A DNA stretch of 64,000 bases from Lytechinus pictus (GCF_037042905.1 NC_087245.1:38504001-38568000); one strand, 5' to 3'; positions 13,091-26,868 are shown, counted from the first letter of the stretch. The notes: generated by a model from the sequence alone, not told the origin. Made by a program: numbers and translations.

Positions 13091-15277
13091 CCTGAGCATA
13101 AACTTCATTTTTGTTTAAATAATGATTTAAAAAATGCATTAATGAACGCAGGGTACCACCATAATACTTTAATAGTTTTAATGGTTTAGTGCAGGGGGTG
13201 CTAAACATGCTAAAAGGGACAGGGGCGCGATCACCCATATAAATTTTCAAATATAGTGGGGAAGAAAAATTGTTGATACAAAACGAAGAAGAACGGATAG
13301 AGTATAAAGCGAGAGGCCAGGGTCATGTCATTCACTGAAAAGGGCCCAGTATACATATCATTTTTATTTAATGAGGTCGTATCGAGGCCGTCATGTTTCT
13401 TATTTCCATCATTGCGAATAGGATCCTTAATTAGGAGAAACAAAAATGTCATCATTCGATGTATAGGTCAAAAGCAAGATTTAATTTGGAAAAATTCTGT
13501 ACGAATTCTAACGTATAACAGAACTTTGCACTTAAGGGTAGCTCACCAATCCTAATTCAGATTAATTGCCTTTAAACACTATATGCATTTTATTTCAAGA
13601 AACGAAGAATAAAGCAACACATATTTCACACTGTCCACGACGCATAAAAATCTATGCAGTAAAGAAAAATCAAGGAAAATGCACCATGCAGCCATATACC
13701 CTCCACATATATATTGATTTTGAAAAGCATAGCTTGAAATTTGATATAAAATATTCTTTGCTCCCCCCGGACGGGGTATGACACGCCGATGGCAACATAC
13801 TGGTATATAGAAAGACGAAGAGGACTGACACGTATATGGGCTGGAGGAAATTGGCGGCATAGGCTTTGACTCAACCCAACTCGCTCATGCCTTAAATCCG
13901 GGCCAGATTCTCTAATTAAGATGATCTAATAAGAATACCAATACGGGTTGTTGAACCACGAAATGCCTCCTTTATATCGAATCAAACTCGCAAATTAAAT
14001 CTCTCCATTAAGGGGGAGAAAAAGAATGGGCGAAATCCGATATTAATATCGTTTTCCATATCATCACGTTACATGCGTGCTTGGCCTACGAATGATGTCA
14101 TGAGCGCCCGCATTCGCCTCGTTAATGAGGGGTCTCTTTTCCACTTGGAAATCTTGAAAATATTATCATATAAAAGTAGGAACCATACGGATTTTCAAAA
14201 ATCCCGAATAACTCAAAGAAGGTTCGTAAATGGCAAAAATTGATGATTAGATTATTTTTTATTATCTTTGATATTGCTTTTAGCGTCAAAATTCTGGATT
14301 CAGTTTGATTTTACGAGATTTAGGGCCTATTTCAAATCTCAAGGGATTTGAATTTGGATTGTTTAGGTTTAATTTTTTTTCTATCACTACTTAGAACTAC
14401 TCTTCCTTCACTACTTCTATGCTCTGACCCGGGATGTAACTAGGGGGCGAAAAAAAAAAAGAAAAGAAAAGGAAGTCATCAAAATTCTGTCAGGTTGGCC
14501 TCTGCCCTTGCCTCCCCCCACCCCGTGCACTTGCAGGTACACTCGTGATTAGAGTTTTCGCAACAGCTATGCAGACGCATTCTGGAACGTACAGAATCTA
14601 TTGTCAAATTCCCTTCATGAAAATGAAGTCTTTGTCGAGGGCGGGTGAATCGAAACGGCAGTTTCGTCCGTGACGCCGGACTAACGACATATTTGCGATT
14701 TTTTCATCAACTCTGAAACGTCGAACGAAACTGCTATTCCGATTCACCACCCCATCGACAAAGACTTTATTGCGATTTGAAATGCCTTTCCAAGACATTT
14801 GCCGCGTTGTATAGGATTCATTTGCGTCTCTTAGCAAAAACTAGCTATTATACCACCTATGACAACGCTGACGGCATCAGAATTGCTGAAACAGTATGAA
14901 ATGGGCAAAACGGCTGTATGGACACAGCCTTAGAAATCAACCAACAAAACTGTGATCTGGTCGATCGGGTCCTCACCTAATTGACCGTGAGACCGAACGA
15001 TTTATTGACCGAACAGATCATGGCCGAACGAGCCTTGACCAAGATGAGAAATTTATAATTGAATTACACATCCTTGCTCGTCACCTTCAGCGCCGTCTGT
15101 AACAGGTGTCACAGTCTATTATGATCAGGTAATACCAAAAGAGGTGCGGGGAGTCCACTCCACCCCCCCCCCCCCCCTTCCCCCTGCGCCATCAACTGGA
15201 GAAAAGCTGAATTTACATTGATGGTAACTCTGCTATAGGGAATTTTCATCTTAAGAACCTAACAGCCAATCGGAGTG

Positions 15278-15483
15278 CTGTATAATATTAACCAGCTGAA
15301 GCATGGCTAAAGCCCGCTCATTCAAGGAATTTTTTTCCACCGGGTATCCCTTTTACTACACCTGGGTAGAGAGTGGCGAGTAGATAAACTCCTTGTAAAA
15401 GGATTTGAGTGTCGTGGTGGAATTCGAGCCCCGAACCTTGTGGTTCGAAGTCCGAAAACTCATCCACTGAGCCACAACACCTC
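15278..15483 (-). mobile_element. tRNA-derived SINE (reverse orientation)
   Basis: Reverse complement begins gaggtgttgtggctcagtggatgag and contains the ccactctctacccaggtgtag core. Confidence 0.75.
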
Positions 15484-16134
15484 TAAATTCAACTGGTCAA
15501 CATCAGACATTAAGACCGACTGTTGTGGTCTCTTCGCCTATCACTCTTTACTGATTTTCTCTTCCAAATAGGCTTTGTATGCAAATATCCCCCTATATAA
15601 AAAAAATCACCATCTCGAATGTACCAATAATGTGCTTTACGTGTATGGATGGCAACCTTTCTCCGATGTTAGAATGTTCAAGAGTCAATAGAAAGGCTTA
15701 GAAACATTAACTTATCTTGACGCTAAGTGCATCAGCTGAAAAGGTACAAACGTGACATTTACATAATCTTTGATCATCATTTTTTTTTCTACTGCGTTCA
15801 GAAGAACTTTCAAACATTATCGATCAAGGAAAAATGTGCATGTTGGTAATTGTTCCCACCATTTCATCATCCTCTAAACATCCCAACCTAAAGGTTCGAC
15901 ATCATGATTGCTGGTAAGTGCGTTTTTCTTCTTGTGATAATTTCATCCGATCTCAAGCTTAGAATGGAGCCTTTGGTGGACGAAAAAAAACCGAATCACC
16001 AGAGCCGACCTACAACAAATGGAGGGAGTAATTGTCATCAATGCGAGCTTTGGCCGTGCCCATTGATTTCCACCGAGACCAAGAGCAATCAAGATTTGTG
16101 TCTTCAGTTTTCCGAAGGTTGTCCTGATTATTGA

Positions 16135-16775
16135 AGGGGAGGGTCGAGTTTACTTGGGACGGAGGCGGGGGGTAGTACTGGGAAAAGGGGAAGAAGGTAA
16201 TAGGGGTGAGAAAGAAGGAAGGAGGAAGGATTAGAAAAATGGGGGAGGGGTATGGGAGGGAAAGAAGGAAATACGGAGGAAGGATTAGGGAAATGGGATG
16301 AAAGAAACAGGGGAGGGAGGGCAAAGCGGAGGCAAGTTTGGAAATGGGTCAAAAAAATAAGGTAAGGGGAGAAGGGAAGGGGATGAAATGATTGGAAAAA
16401 TGTGGGATAGGGGACGAAGAGATGGGGAGGGAGAGACAGGGGTAGTGAGACAGACATGAATAAGTGGGAGGGGAGGAAAGGGGGAGAAATTGGGGTAAAG
16501 GAAACGGACAGAGTAAATGTAAAGTCGATTAAGAGATAAAGATAAGCGATTAAGAAAAAAATATATAAACGGACAGTTGGAGATAAAAAATATTACGGAA
16601 ATTAATTAAGAAGAGACAAAGAAGGAAAAAGGAAACAAGAACATGAAGAAAGACAGATGATGACCAGTGTGTACAAATATAGAAGACGATGATGATGAAG
16701 TAGTTGAAGAAAAAGAAAAGGCAAAAGGGAGAAAGTGAGGAGGGGGAGGGGGCGAAGGAGGAAGATGAAAGGGGA
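16135..16775. repeat. Purine-rich (GA) low-complexity tract
   Basis: Strong G/A bias. Similar tracts at 18098-18260, 53955-54230 and 61250-61390. Confidence 0.8.
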
Positions 16776-16984
16776 CTGATGATTCTTGAGTACGTAAAGA
16801 ATTGCTTGCGATTGTGAATATGCCATGGCCTGCGAGCAAAAACTATGAGAAGACATATATAAGAAAGCGTATCGGGGAAAATTTCTGGAAAGTCCCAAGC
16901 GCAAAAGTGAAAATCTAATTTTGTGACAGATTTGAAATGAAAAGGTATTGCACATTATAGTCTTCATTTTTTTAAACTTTGGGA

Positions 16985-17336
16985 CAGGGCCCTGGGAAAG
17001 AATCTTTTTTAAAGGGGGTGCTGTTTTAAATCTGAGAAGCCCCCCTCCCCCCTCAAAAAAAGAAGTTTTCGCAACAAAAAGAATGATTTTGTTCCAGGAA
17101 AAATTTGACGAGCCAAAAAAAAGGGGGTTTCGCTACAAAAATACGGTGAATTTGTTCCAGTAAAAAAAGGGTTTGGTATAACAAAAACAGAAAAAAAAAG
17201 ATGTAGGTCATTTGGCATACCTACCTGATTTCCAGGGGGTGCTGCCGCCTATGAAAAATAAAACATGCAGCACCCCCTAGGTAAATCTAAGGGGGGGCCT
17301 CAGCACCCCTAGCATCCCCACTTCCCAGGGTCATGC
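16985..17336. mobile_element. MITE with cagggccctgggaa-type TIR
   Basis: TIRs cagggccctgggaa / ttcccagggtcatg, internal gggggtgctg motifs. A related fragment lies at 32673-32800. Confidence 0.55.
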
Positions 17337-17861
17337 TTTAGGGGAGTACCCCGGCCCCTAAGCACCCCATCATGCTTGCTCATGAATATTAATGAGGTCA
17401 TGAATAAGGAAAAGCAGGTCGAGATGAAAGATGGAGAAGTGAACACAAGGAACTGAAAGGGAAGAATCGTAATGAACATGTTGCTTCTGTGATACATAAA
17501 TCATGCTAAAGAGAATGAACAATCGTGAGTCACCTCTGCAAGTCTGTATCAGGTACGTTGTTGGCGGAGAAAGTAAGGGGGGATCTTGGAAAGAAGATTC
17601 GGAAGATTGACATGGTAGGTCTTTTGCAATTTTTTTAATGGGGTAACTCACACTCCCTCACACTAGTAATCGCATCTTTCTATCTATTCACATAAATCTT
17701 GAGCATTCGAATCAGAAAGAGGGACAGCATGGTCCGTGCAGGGAGGTGGCAGTTAAGACAGAGAGAGGGGGGTGTGATAGATGAGAATAAGGCAGAGAAT
17801 GATAATGGTTGATTGGTGGATGCGGAGGATGAGTATGCGGAAAAAGTTGTGATGACCATGG

Positions 17862-17980
17862 TAGGGTGGTGGTGTGGTGGTGGTGTGTGTGTGTGTGTGT
17901 GAAGGTGTGTGTGTGAGGGTGGTGGTGTGTGTGTGTGTGTGTGAGGGTGTGACCTGGTGTGGGTGTGTGTGTGTGTGAGG
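17862..17980. repeat. (GT)n-rich microsatellite
   Basis: Read directly. Confidence 0.9.
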
Positions 17981-19988
17981 GGGAGGGGTAATACGGACAG
18001 GATCCATGAATAAAAGCGATCTAGCCTTCATTGATCTATTAGGTCGTCATGAGTGGCATAGGACGAATAACGAGGGGAATGATTGATGGATAAACTCAAG
18101 AGGAGGAGAGAGGGAGGAGGGGAGAGATAAAGAGGGCGAGAGAGGGGGGATCAACACGAGGGCGTGAGAGGGGAGAGATGGGGAGGCAGCGAAGGAGACA
18201 CGATGAAAAAGAAATGAGGGCTAAAAGGAAAACATCAAGGAAAAGGGACATAGATAAAAAGATTCGTAATTTATCTCTTAATTTCATAATTCGCCGGGGG
18301 CCTTGAAACTAAACACCGCGCGTATTCCGAGGCGCAATGAAGGGCGACCGATGACTCACGATTGACGTGATGAATCGGTATCGTCTAATAGCTTCCCATT
18401 CTGAGTGTAGTTCTTCTGGAGTGCCCCTTAAAATTCATGAGCATTATGCTAATAAAGAACGAAATTGAGAGATGATCGAGATAATATTGTCCCAACCTTT
18501 TCACGGTATTTAAACTCAGTTTGTGAAACATAATTCATGCCATCAATAATTACTGTACCTCTAGGAAGAACAGCGCTATTGTATCAATTGCTCTGAATAG
18601 AGTAATCCCTCCGAATCTTTTTAAATGTTTATATATTTATTTGTAATATATGTACAATATATTTTGTTGTTATTTTTCTATACGGTAAATAAAACTAAAC
18701 CAAACCAAGCCATTTACATGGCGTTGTCTCGAGTAATAAGGTCATAATGTATAATGTATTATGGAATAGCAATAATAATCTTGTCACTTTAGGGCGGGGG
18801 ATGAGACTGGCCTCTCTCCCAGGCTGTTGAATAATATTCTAAATTTCGAGAGCACCCCCCCCCCTTCCCCTGGGATTGGCATTCATGGACGCACAAATTA
18901 GGCGAATACTATAAGACATACCTCAACTTTCAACTTTGTTTCGGATCACCAGTAGCCGAACGGACGGATTTAGTTATGAATGTTTTTAAAGTCGAATAAT
19001 AGTCAATCAGTCTATATAATTGTGTGCAAGCACACTAATATTAACAAAACAGACCCCCCCCCCTAAAAAAACCCTTCAAGTTCAAGGTATATGCTTGGCT
19101 ATTTACTTGTGGCTCTTCCTCACTGTGCTCAGCGTAATTACGAGGACAAGTTGGTTACCATGGTAACAGCCCGGGGTAACAGATAGTCATTCGAGATCTT
19201 ATAGTGCTAGCTGCGCATGTAGTAAGCATTCTTGACTCGCCGTAAATCCATCTTTTCCGCGCATTTTTTTTCTTTTCGAGAAATATGCATTTTTAAAGCC
19301 CCAAGCCCAAATGCAGCCCGTCGCGATCTTTCTCCGCCTCTATTACTCAAATGAGTATATTAGTTCTGGCTTGAATAACCACACACAACACAGACAACGG
19401 GAATTTCAGTTTGGATATGATTTATGATGATAATAATAGTAATAATAATAATAATAATACTAGCTATGATAATTATAATTATACTTTTATATATAATTAT
19501 ATTAATGATAAAAAAAAACCTCAAGCGCATTTATCTCGTAAACTATGCTAAGACACAAAATGATATGTTCATATCTTCTGCTGATATATTCGTTGGGTGT
19601 GATCACTAGTGCACTGTAAGAAAACGTGGTGTTTTAAACACCTGACACCAGTTTGGTGGTCGCATCCTGTTCCACCCCTCCAACTTGTTTGTAGCGGTGC
19701 TACTGACGGAGATCATGAAAGCTTAAAATATGATCACGCTGAAGTCTGAATATCACCAACATGGATGGGTAACATTGTGGGAGATTTTGTTTTGTTTTGA
19801 TGAAACTCTTTAATTCTGGCTGGAATACCCTGCATATTTTGCCATTTTGTTAGCAATTCAGCATTTTCTACCCGAACCATTTGGCATAACAATCTTTAGC
19901 ACATTTTTTACGTTAATATATTACATACACATAGACCTACTCGCACACCCTCACACACGCACACCCATACACTACCACATTCCAAAAA

Positions 19989-20212
19989 ACTGCAAAATGC
20001 TGGTGTTAATTTAACACCAGCCTGGTATCTATATCGGTCCACACCAGAGAGGTGTTGAAACAACACTGGTCTGGCATTAATTTAAGCAACATCAATTAGT
20101 GTTTAAACCATTATTGGTTTGATTCTTACCGAGTTGTGTTTCAACGCTTCTCTGGTGTGGGCCGGTATCGATACCAGGCTGGTGTTAAATTAACACCGGC
20201 GTTTTTGCAGTG
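19989..20212. mobile_element. Palindromic MITE with CACTG-type ends
   Basis: ~85-bp inverted arms actgcaaaatgctggtgttaatttaacaccagcctggtatc / gataccaggctggtgttaaattaacaccggcgtttttgcagtg. Confidence 0.8.
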
Positions 20213-20845
20213 TACAAAACGACAATATAGATATTTATACAGCACTTTAATGAATACAAGCTACGAACATGACCATAGGCCTACATACGATGGAGGAGGA
20301 GGGCGGCAAAAATCGTCAAAAACATTAAGCTTTTACTTTTAATATGTTTTTTTTAATTTGTGAAGTTGAGCATCAGATCATTCATTCCATCCAAATATGA
20401 ACAAAATGCGCTTTCATGCATATTCAGCTCGCTCACTACGCATTTCAATTTTTATTTCATTCGTAATTTAAACAAGTACACACATAGTTTAAAAAAATAT
20501 ATATTTAAAAACGAAGAATGCTTACAGAATTTCCATTTATTAGAATGTAGAATAAATGAGCACTGTTAATTAAATTCCCTGTTAACGTAAATAAATTATG
20601 TGCCTTGACCGGGGATCGAACCTCAGACTTCCATGTGTCTGGGCACATCTGTGTCTGAGACCACAGGGCCACGGCACCTCAATTGCATTATGTCTGTGAA
20701 CATGCATTTTGCCTATACACCCCACCCCCTCCACCCCCGGGGGGTATCCTGATGATAACGCCATAAAATTGATAGCATTGCATTATCGGAACTGAGCCTC
20801 TCATTGATTTATTTTTATTTTATACACAATGAAAACAGTGCATAC

Positions 20846-20956
20846 CTCGATCTCCACCCGCAACTCGTCGATGACAGCGAGCACGACGGCTGAAAAGAGC
20901 ACGAAAATCCATACAGCATGTGTTAGCATGGTAGTGGGACAGAGATACCGGGGCAT
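20846..20956 (-). CDS. Probable first coding exon of a secreted or membrane protein (MPRYLCPTTMLTHAVWIFVLFSAVVLAVIDELRVEIE); rest of gene not found in window
   Basis: ATG in gccaaaATG context, signal-peptide-like hydrophobic core ending VLA, donor GAG|GTATGC phase 0, CpG-rich upstream region 20957-21190. Confidence 0.6.
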
Positions 20957-21309
20957 TTTGGCGTCCTGTTTGCTTCCATGCCCGCTTGTGGTAGCAATGA
21001 ACAATTTTCCCGCTTCCCCGAGCTCATAAATCTGCCAGAACCGCTGCGATATGCAGACGATAGACTGAAAATTATTGCACTGCCACTGGGCGCTGCGCTA
21101 GATTCTCAGCATCTCGTTGACACTGTGTCGGTTGTGTCCGCTCCTATGGTCCGCTCTCGTAACACGGGCTTAAGGTACGCACGTTCCTAACGCACACACA
21201 CACACATTCATGGAGGGACCAATGTGGACTCAGTCATTTACAAACTGAAATAAAGGGATATGTTTCTCGAATTATTCTGTTAAATGATCATTGATAAGTA
21301 ATTGTCTGA

Positions 21310-21578
21310 AGAGGTGTCGTGGCTCTGTGGATAAGTCATTGGACTATGAACCACAAGGTCCGGAGTTCAAATCCCACCGCAGCACTCGCGTCCTTTGGCA
21401 AGGCGTTTATCTACATTTGCCCCTCTTAGTAAATGGGTACCCGGTAGGAATTAATTCCTTGAAAGCTCATTGCGCCCGATCAGAATAGCCCTGCTGTACC
21501 CGGGGTAATAATATGCAGCGCTGAGAAACATTTGTATTAAGCGTTCTTAATGTTGCATATTATCATTATTATTATTAT
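21310..21578 (+). mobile_element. tRNA-derived SINE
   Basis: gaggtgtcgtggctctgtggataag head, GAGTTCAAATCC B box, aaatgggtacccggtagg core, (ATT)n tail. Confidence 0.8.
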
Positions 21579-21991
21579 CAATTCATATTGCGCCAATTTC
21601 ATGGTCGTACGCATTGGGAGAGAGGGCAGGGGTGCAGATGCCCTTCATTTTTTTTAACTTGGCTTTTTTTTACTGAAAACTCTCTCAAAAGTCGTCAAAA
21701 GTGTACATGAAATCCCTTAATTTCACGTAAGAAAACCCCCATGACAAGCCAGTTGCTTTGTTCCCTCACGCTATTTTGATTGATTATGGGAAAAGGGGGA
21801 TATTTACATTAATTCCCCTGTTTTGGGGTACTCATAACTTATTCGGAGTATACATCCATTGTGAGGAGGTAGAACCAAATTCATTCGTTCGACACAATCC
21901 TTTAAGACCAGAGTTGATCTACGGGAGTGAGGGTTCGGGGCCTAACCCCTCGCAACCCCCCATCAGTTTTTTGTTTTGTTTGCTTCTCTTG

Positions 21992-22640
21992 TGTAACTGT
22001 AAGTTATTTTAACTCAAATGTACATACACATACAAGAAAAAGGATTGCTGCTATAAATGCTGGGGCTGTTAAACTTTCGCTCTACTTGTTCAGGGTGTCA
22101 AAGTAAGGGAAGACTTGTCAAGTTTACCATTTTGTTTCCAATACTTGTTAAGGGTAGGGTTTCACAGTCCAATACTTGTTAGGGGTGCATTTTCAGAACT
22201 TGGAAATTACTTGTTTAGGGTGCTTTTCGAAACCCCATTGTCACGGGGTATAATTATAAAAAGAATAAATGCTTTATGAATGATGTACTTTTTGAACCAA
22301 CACTACATGTTAAGGGTCCTGTGGGAGAGTGGGGCGATCCCGGGAAATTTACTTTACTTTACTTTAAGTTGTTTGTTTGCTTCTATGATGTAACTTTAAG
22401 TTATTGTAACTCAGTCATACATACACATACAAGAAAAGGGATTGCTGCTATAAATGCTGGGGCTGTTAAACTATCGCTCTTCTTGTTCGGGGTGTCAAAG
22501 TAAGGGAAGACTTTTCAAGGGTACCATTTTGTTTCCAATACTTTGTTAAGGGTAGGGTTTCACACGCCAATACTTGTTAGGGTGTATTATTTTCAGAACG
22601 TGGAAAATACTTGTTTAGGGTGTTTTTCGAAACCTCATTG
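21992..22640. repeat. ~250-bp direct duplication (21992-22240 and 22390-22640)
   Basis: Shared catacacatacaagaaaa.ggattgctgctataaatgctggggctgttaaact...tacttgtttagggtg sequence. Confidence 0.9.
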
Positions 22641-24061
22641 GCACTTGTGGTATCCACTCCGGTTCTGTACACATCCCTTGTCTCCCATCATTGCTACAGA
22701 CCAGCGCTTCTCAACCAATAGTCCGCGAGAGGCTTCAGAGGGAGAAAAATTATGGGGAAAAGCTATATATAGACTAGTCTACGTGGGTCAATCAAAACGG
22801 AAGCACGCTTAATAGGTATCATGCATGTTGCAAAACATGCACATGTGCACTTAGTTATGATGGTTTCGATCTAACTCTGATGTAAACCTCATGTGCATGC
22901 ATATTGTATGTAGTTAATTGTCGCATATCCCATTTACCGGACATTTGCAAAATTAATGCAGATTAGTTCTCAAACTGTTTAATTCGAATGTGCTTCATTG
23001 CCGCATATACTCCCGTTTGTTTCCTTTTCTCATATCGTCTCTTTATCCTACCTGTTCTTCTTTGCTTCCCTCTCATTTACCTCTTTATCTCTCTCTCTCT
23101 CTCTCTCTAACCCGTCTCTTCATGCCTCATTATTTTAGTTTGTTCGTCATTCCTCGATCTCGTCTCCCCCTTTCTATCTCCATTCCCCCTTCTCTTATGA
23201 ACGCATTTATATTTAGTATGCTCTCTGCATCTATCTATCCTTTTCTCTCTGTCACAAACTTTTCTCACACACCTCTCGTTTATTACTTCGTCTCTCCTTT
23301 CGCCCCCTCTTTTTGTCACTTAAAGGGGAAGTGAACTGTGTGTGGTCTCTCATTGACTATGCGTTATAAATACGTATTCTTAAAATATACGTTTTAAGAT
23401 ATCTACTAATACTAAAGAGAATGAATTGACCTATAATTGTATTTGTATACAGAAACTCAAATGTTTTGAGAGGAAAATTGTTTTGCTACTTCGTAACATA
23501 ATTATTGCGTTACAAATGTATTGAGTAGTTAATTAGCATGTTATCATTCAAGTGGGTCTATATTACTAGACTGCACTAGCATTATGGTCAGGGAACTGGC
23601 CAGGTATGAGCAGAGTAGTTGAGGACTCGAGATGGCGCTATTGGCTCGTATCTGCTTCAATGCATCTCCATGCACCCCCTTCCTTTATGAAAGCATTTCT
23701 GTTTAGTATGCTCTCAGAGGCTCTATCATCCTCTCTATGTCACCAACTTTTCTCACATCCTTTCCAACTCTCTGTTTCCTCGGTTTATCGTTTCATTTCA
23801 TCCGTCTCTCTCGGTATTTCGATTTGCTTCCCTTTCAATAACACCTCCCCCTTGATGCTTGCCTCTCTTTTCTGTTATCCACCTTTTGTCTTCTCCTTGT
23901 CTCCCTTTTAAGCCATTCATTACCATCATTTCTATCTTATTCACGCCTTTTTATATTTATTCCCCCCCCCCCCCTACACCCGTCTCAAACTCTCAACTTT
24001 TATCATCTCTTCCCCTCATAACCCATTTCCTCTATTCTCTTTTCACCTGTCTTTCCTCTTT

Positions 24062-24371
24062 GGCCCGTATTCTGAAGTCGGGTTTAAATTAGACCCTGGT
24101 TTAAAGTTGTGGTTTAACTATGGAGAGCCAATTGGGGCACAAATCCAAAACAGTACACATCCAATTTATTAACTCAAATGAAACTCAAATTATCTGGGAA
24201 TGATAACTGAAGTATATTGAGGTATTTTTCTTCAATATGAAATCAAAAGGAAACAAAATAATAAACATAAGAAATATACAATATGAAAAGAATTTTTGAA
24301 TTTTTGGCTCCCCATAATTTTAGCAGAGTTAGACCGTAGCGTAAGTTAAACCTGACTTTAGAATACGGGCC
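24062..24371. mobile_element. Harbinger-type MITE
   Basis: TIRs GGCCCGTATTCTGAAGTCGGGTTTAA / TTAAACCTGACTTTAGAATACGGGCC, 3-bp TTT flanks. Related to 38401-38944. Confidence 0.8.
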
Positions 24372-25312
24372 TTTGCCTCCCTCTTCACGTTCTCTCTCCA
24401 TCCCTTCTCATAAACGTAGCTGTTATATTGTGCTTTCACGTGACATTTTCTTATATTGTGCTTTCACGTGACATTTTCATATAACAAAGTTACAAATAAA
24501 CCTATCCATTTTCAAACCTGCACTGTTTCCAAGAAAGCATAATGAAGTTACTGGTGTTGATTCATTAAAAAAAAAATCTTTATTACAGCTGTGATATTTC
24601 ATTTGGCACATACAGACCAAACAAGCATATAGGAATTCTCTTTCTTCTTTCTAGCTCTTGATTTAGATTATGAATAAGCAAAGAAATAATAAATGACAGA
24701 GGACAGAAGGGAAGAGGAGAGAGACAGAGAGGGGCAGGGGGAGGAGAGTGGGGCAGGGAGGGAGGAGTCATACGAAATACATGCAGAAAAATAAGTATTA
24801 TAGGAATGTAATTATTGTTGTACATGATCGTTTCATGAGGTCACATAAACATGTATATACCACAGGACTATCTTGTATTTATCTTATATAATATAGACAA
24901 CTTTCAATGACATTTCAGTCCCTTTGAAGCGGATTTTTGAAGAAAACAATTGGAAAAAAACAAAACAAAGAGTAAACATAACTTGATCTTTTAGAACCCC
25001 CCCCCAAAAAAAAAAAAAATCCCCACAAAAGAGATCATTGCAATTATGCAACACATGCAATCCCTGTACATTAAATTATCATAAAAGCAGATTGAATACA
25101 AGTTGGAATGCTAAACGTTTCTATAAATTGGAAGTGAATATTACTCAACTGAGCTTAAAAGAAAAGCATTACTTAAAATCAATTACCTCCAAGTAACATT
25201 AATAAGGTAAATTTGCAGAAGAGAAGAAAAAAGGTACTAAGAAAAAGAAGTATAACAAGTAATGAAAAAATGAAGAGATTTAGTAACATTACTATTATAA
25301 GAAAGGAAAGGG

Positions 25313-25485
25313 AACAAGTGGAACACCACTAGCAGTCTCGCCTACATTACACAATTTGAAATAGCAGCAGTGCTGCCTTTGAAAATAGCTAATGAATAAT
25401 TATTCACAGAAGAAAACACTAATGATAATAAAACATTATGTCCATTGACCCAAAATGACCTTTATACCATGATCATGTGACCTAA
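25313..25485 (-). mobile_element. 3' fragment of the 39.5-40.7 kb HINE family
   Basis: aacaagtggaac...gcagtctcgcct...agcagcagtgct is the reverse complement of the 40530-40700 terminus. Confidence 0.75.
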
Positions 25486-26448
25486 GACAATAAAATGATA
25501 GAAAGCAAAGAAAAAGAGTGGGGAGAAAACAATACAATGAATAGTAAACAAATATATCTTAGCATAGCCCCCCTAAGAAAATAAATAAATAAAATAAAAT
25601 AAACCCTGAAAAACTTACAGAAGAAATTGTCAGCTAAAGACAATTCAGTATATACATATTCAACAAGTGCAATATTTGTAAATTAAATAATAACACAAGA
25701 GAGAAATAAAACAAGTTGGAATGCTAGAAGTATATGTAAAAAGTTTGAATAGATCTCAACTGAGCTATGAAAAATCATTACATAACATATTACCTTCAAG
25801 TAATCATGGTAATACTCATATTTAATCTGAATTAACGGAAAAGCAAAAAAAAATGTACTAAGAAAAATGTGTGAAACAATTAAATGATGAGAAACAAATA
25901 AAGGTAAAGAACCACTACTTTCTTAAAATATCGTAAAAGAAAAAGGAAACAATGATAGGCGAAAAAGAAGAAAAGGGAAAGGAAGGGAATATGAGAGAAG
26001 GGACATGACATGTAAAAAATAAAGGAATTACTTAGATCTTTATCATAAACTACTGTACATTATGATAAACTGAGCAGCTGCCCCAACTCAAAACTGTTAT
26101 TTTCCAATAAGGTGTGAGTAATTACAAATAAAAAGAGCTGAAAAAAACCTGAAATTGTTTTTAAAAAGCTGAAGTCGAAAGAGCTCCCACACATTTTGTA
26201 CACTAGAAAGCTCAAATAAGCTGTAATCAAGCTGAAAATCAATAGCAAAAATAGCTGATATCAGCTAAAGGCTGAACTCTCACACCCCTGTTTATCATGT
26301 CTAGATGTCAAACCTATTGAAATGAGAATATTCCTCGTGATTTAAGTTGTGACATTCTTTAAAGAAGCATAAGACACAAAACACAAAGCAGCAAGATGCA
26401 TAACAAGTTTCCTCAAAATACAGGCAAACCTGTCTATTAAGGCCATCT

Positions 26449-26868
26449 AAAGGCAACCGCACACCTTACGACCCGACTGGTCTACGACTGGCTTGCGACC
26501 GAGTGAGTAGAGATGAATCGCAAGGTAGTCATAAGCCTCCACACTGCACACCTTGCGACCCGACTACCATGCTGTCTGCGACTCACGCATGCTTTTTGCC
26601 ATAGCAACTGAGAAAATGGCGCTTACTTCTACATACGCGCATTGTATACCATATACACGTCGTGCAACTCTGCTGTCTGATTGGCTAGAAGTTGGATTGA
26701 GCTTGCGATCCAGTCATAAGGATTCGACATGTCAAATCCTTATGATTTTCCTTGCGACTTGTCTCTGACCGGTCTACGACTCTCAAGCTGACAAGAGCTC
26801 ACATCTCCCCTCACTCAGTCGCAAGCCAGTCGTAGACCAGTAGGGTCGTAAGGTGTGCGGACGACTTA
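26449..26868. mobile_element. Harbinger-like MITE nested in an older MITE (about 26420-26998)
   Basis: ~55-bp inverted arms ccgcacaccttacgacccgactggtctacgactggcttgcgac / gtcgcaagccagtcgtagaccagtagggtcgtaaggtgtgcgg. Outer element ends caggcaaacctgtct ... agacaggttgaatg. Confidence 0.8.

Noticed and set aside
15904..16967. Several 76-121-aa ORFs, many Pro/Phe/Leu/Ser-rich
   Set aside because: Most are products of the GA-rich low-complexity tract. None has supporting splice structure or motifs.
18360..18418. Minus-strand peptide KNYTQNGKLLDDTDSSRQ resembling FKBP 'YTGKL..DSSR' before a GTGAGT donor
   Set aside because: Spacing does not match the FKBP domain, the conserved Phe is absent, there is no polypyrimidine acceptor and no neighbouring FKBP exons. 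Probably chance.
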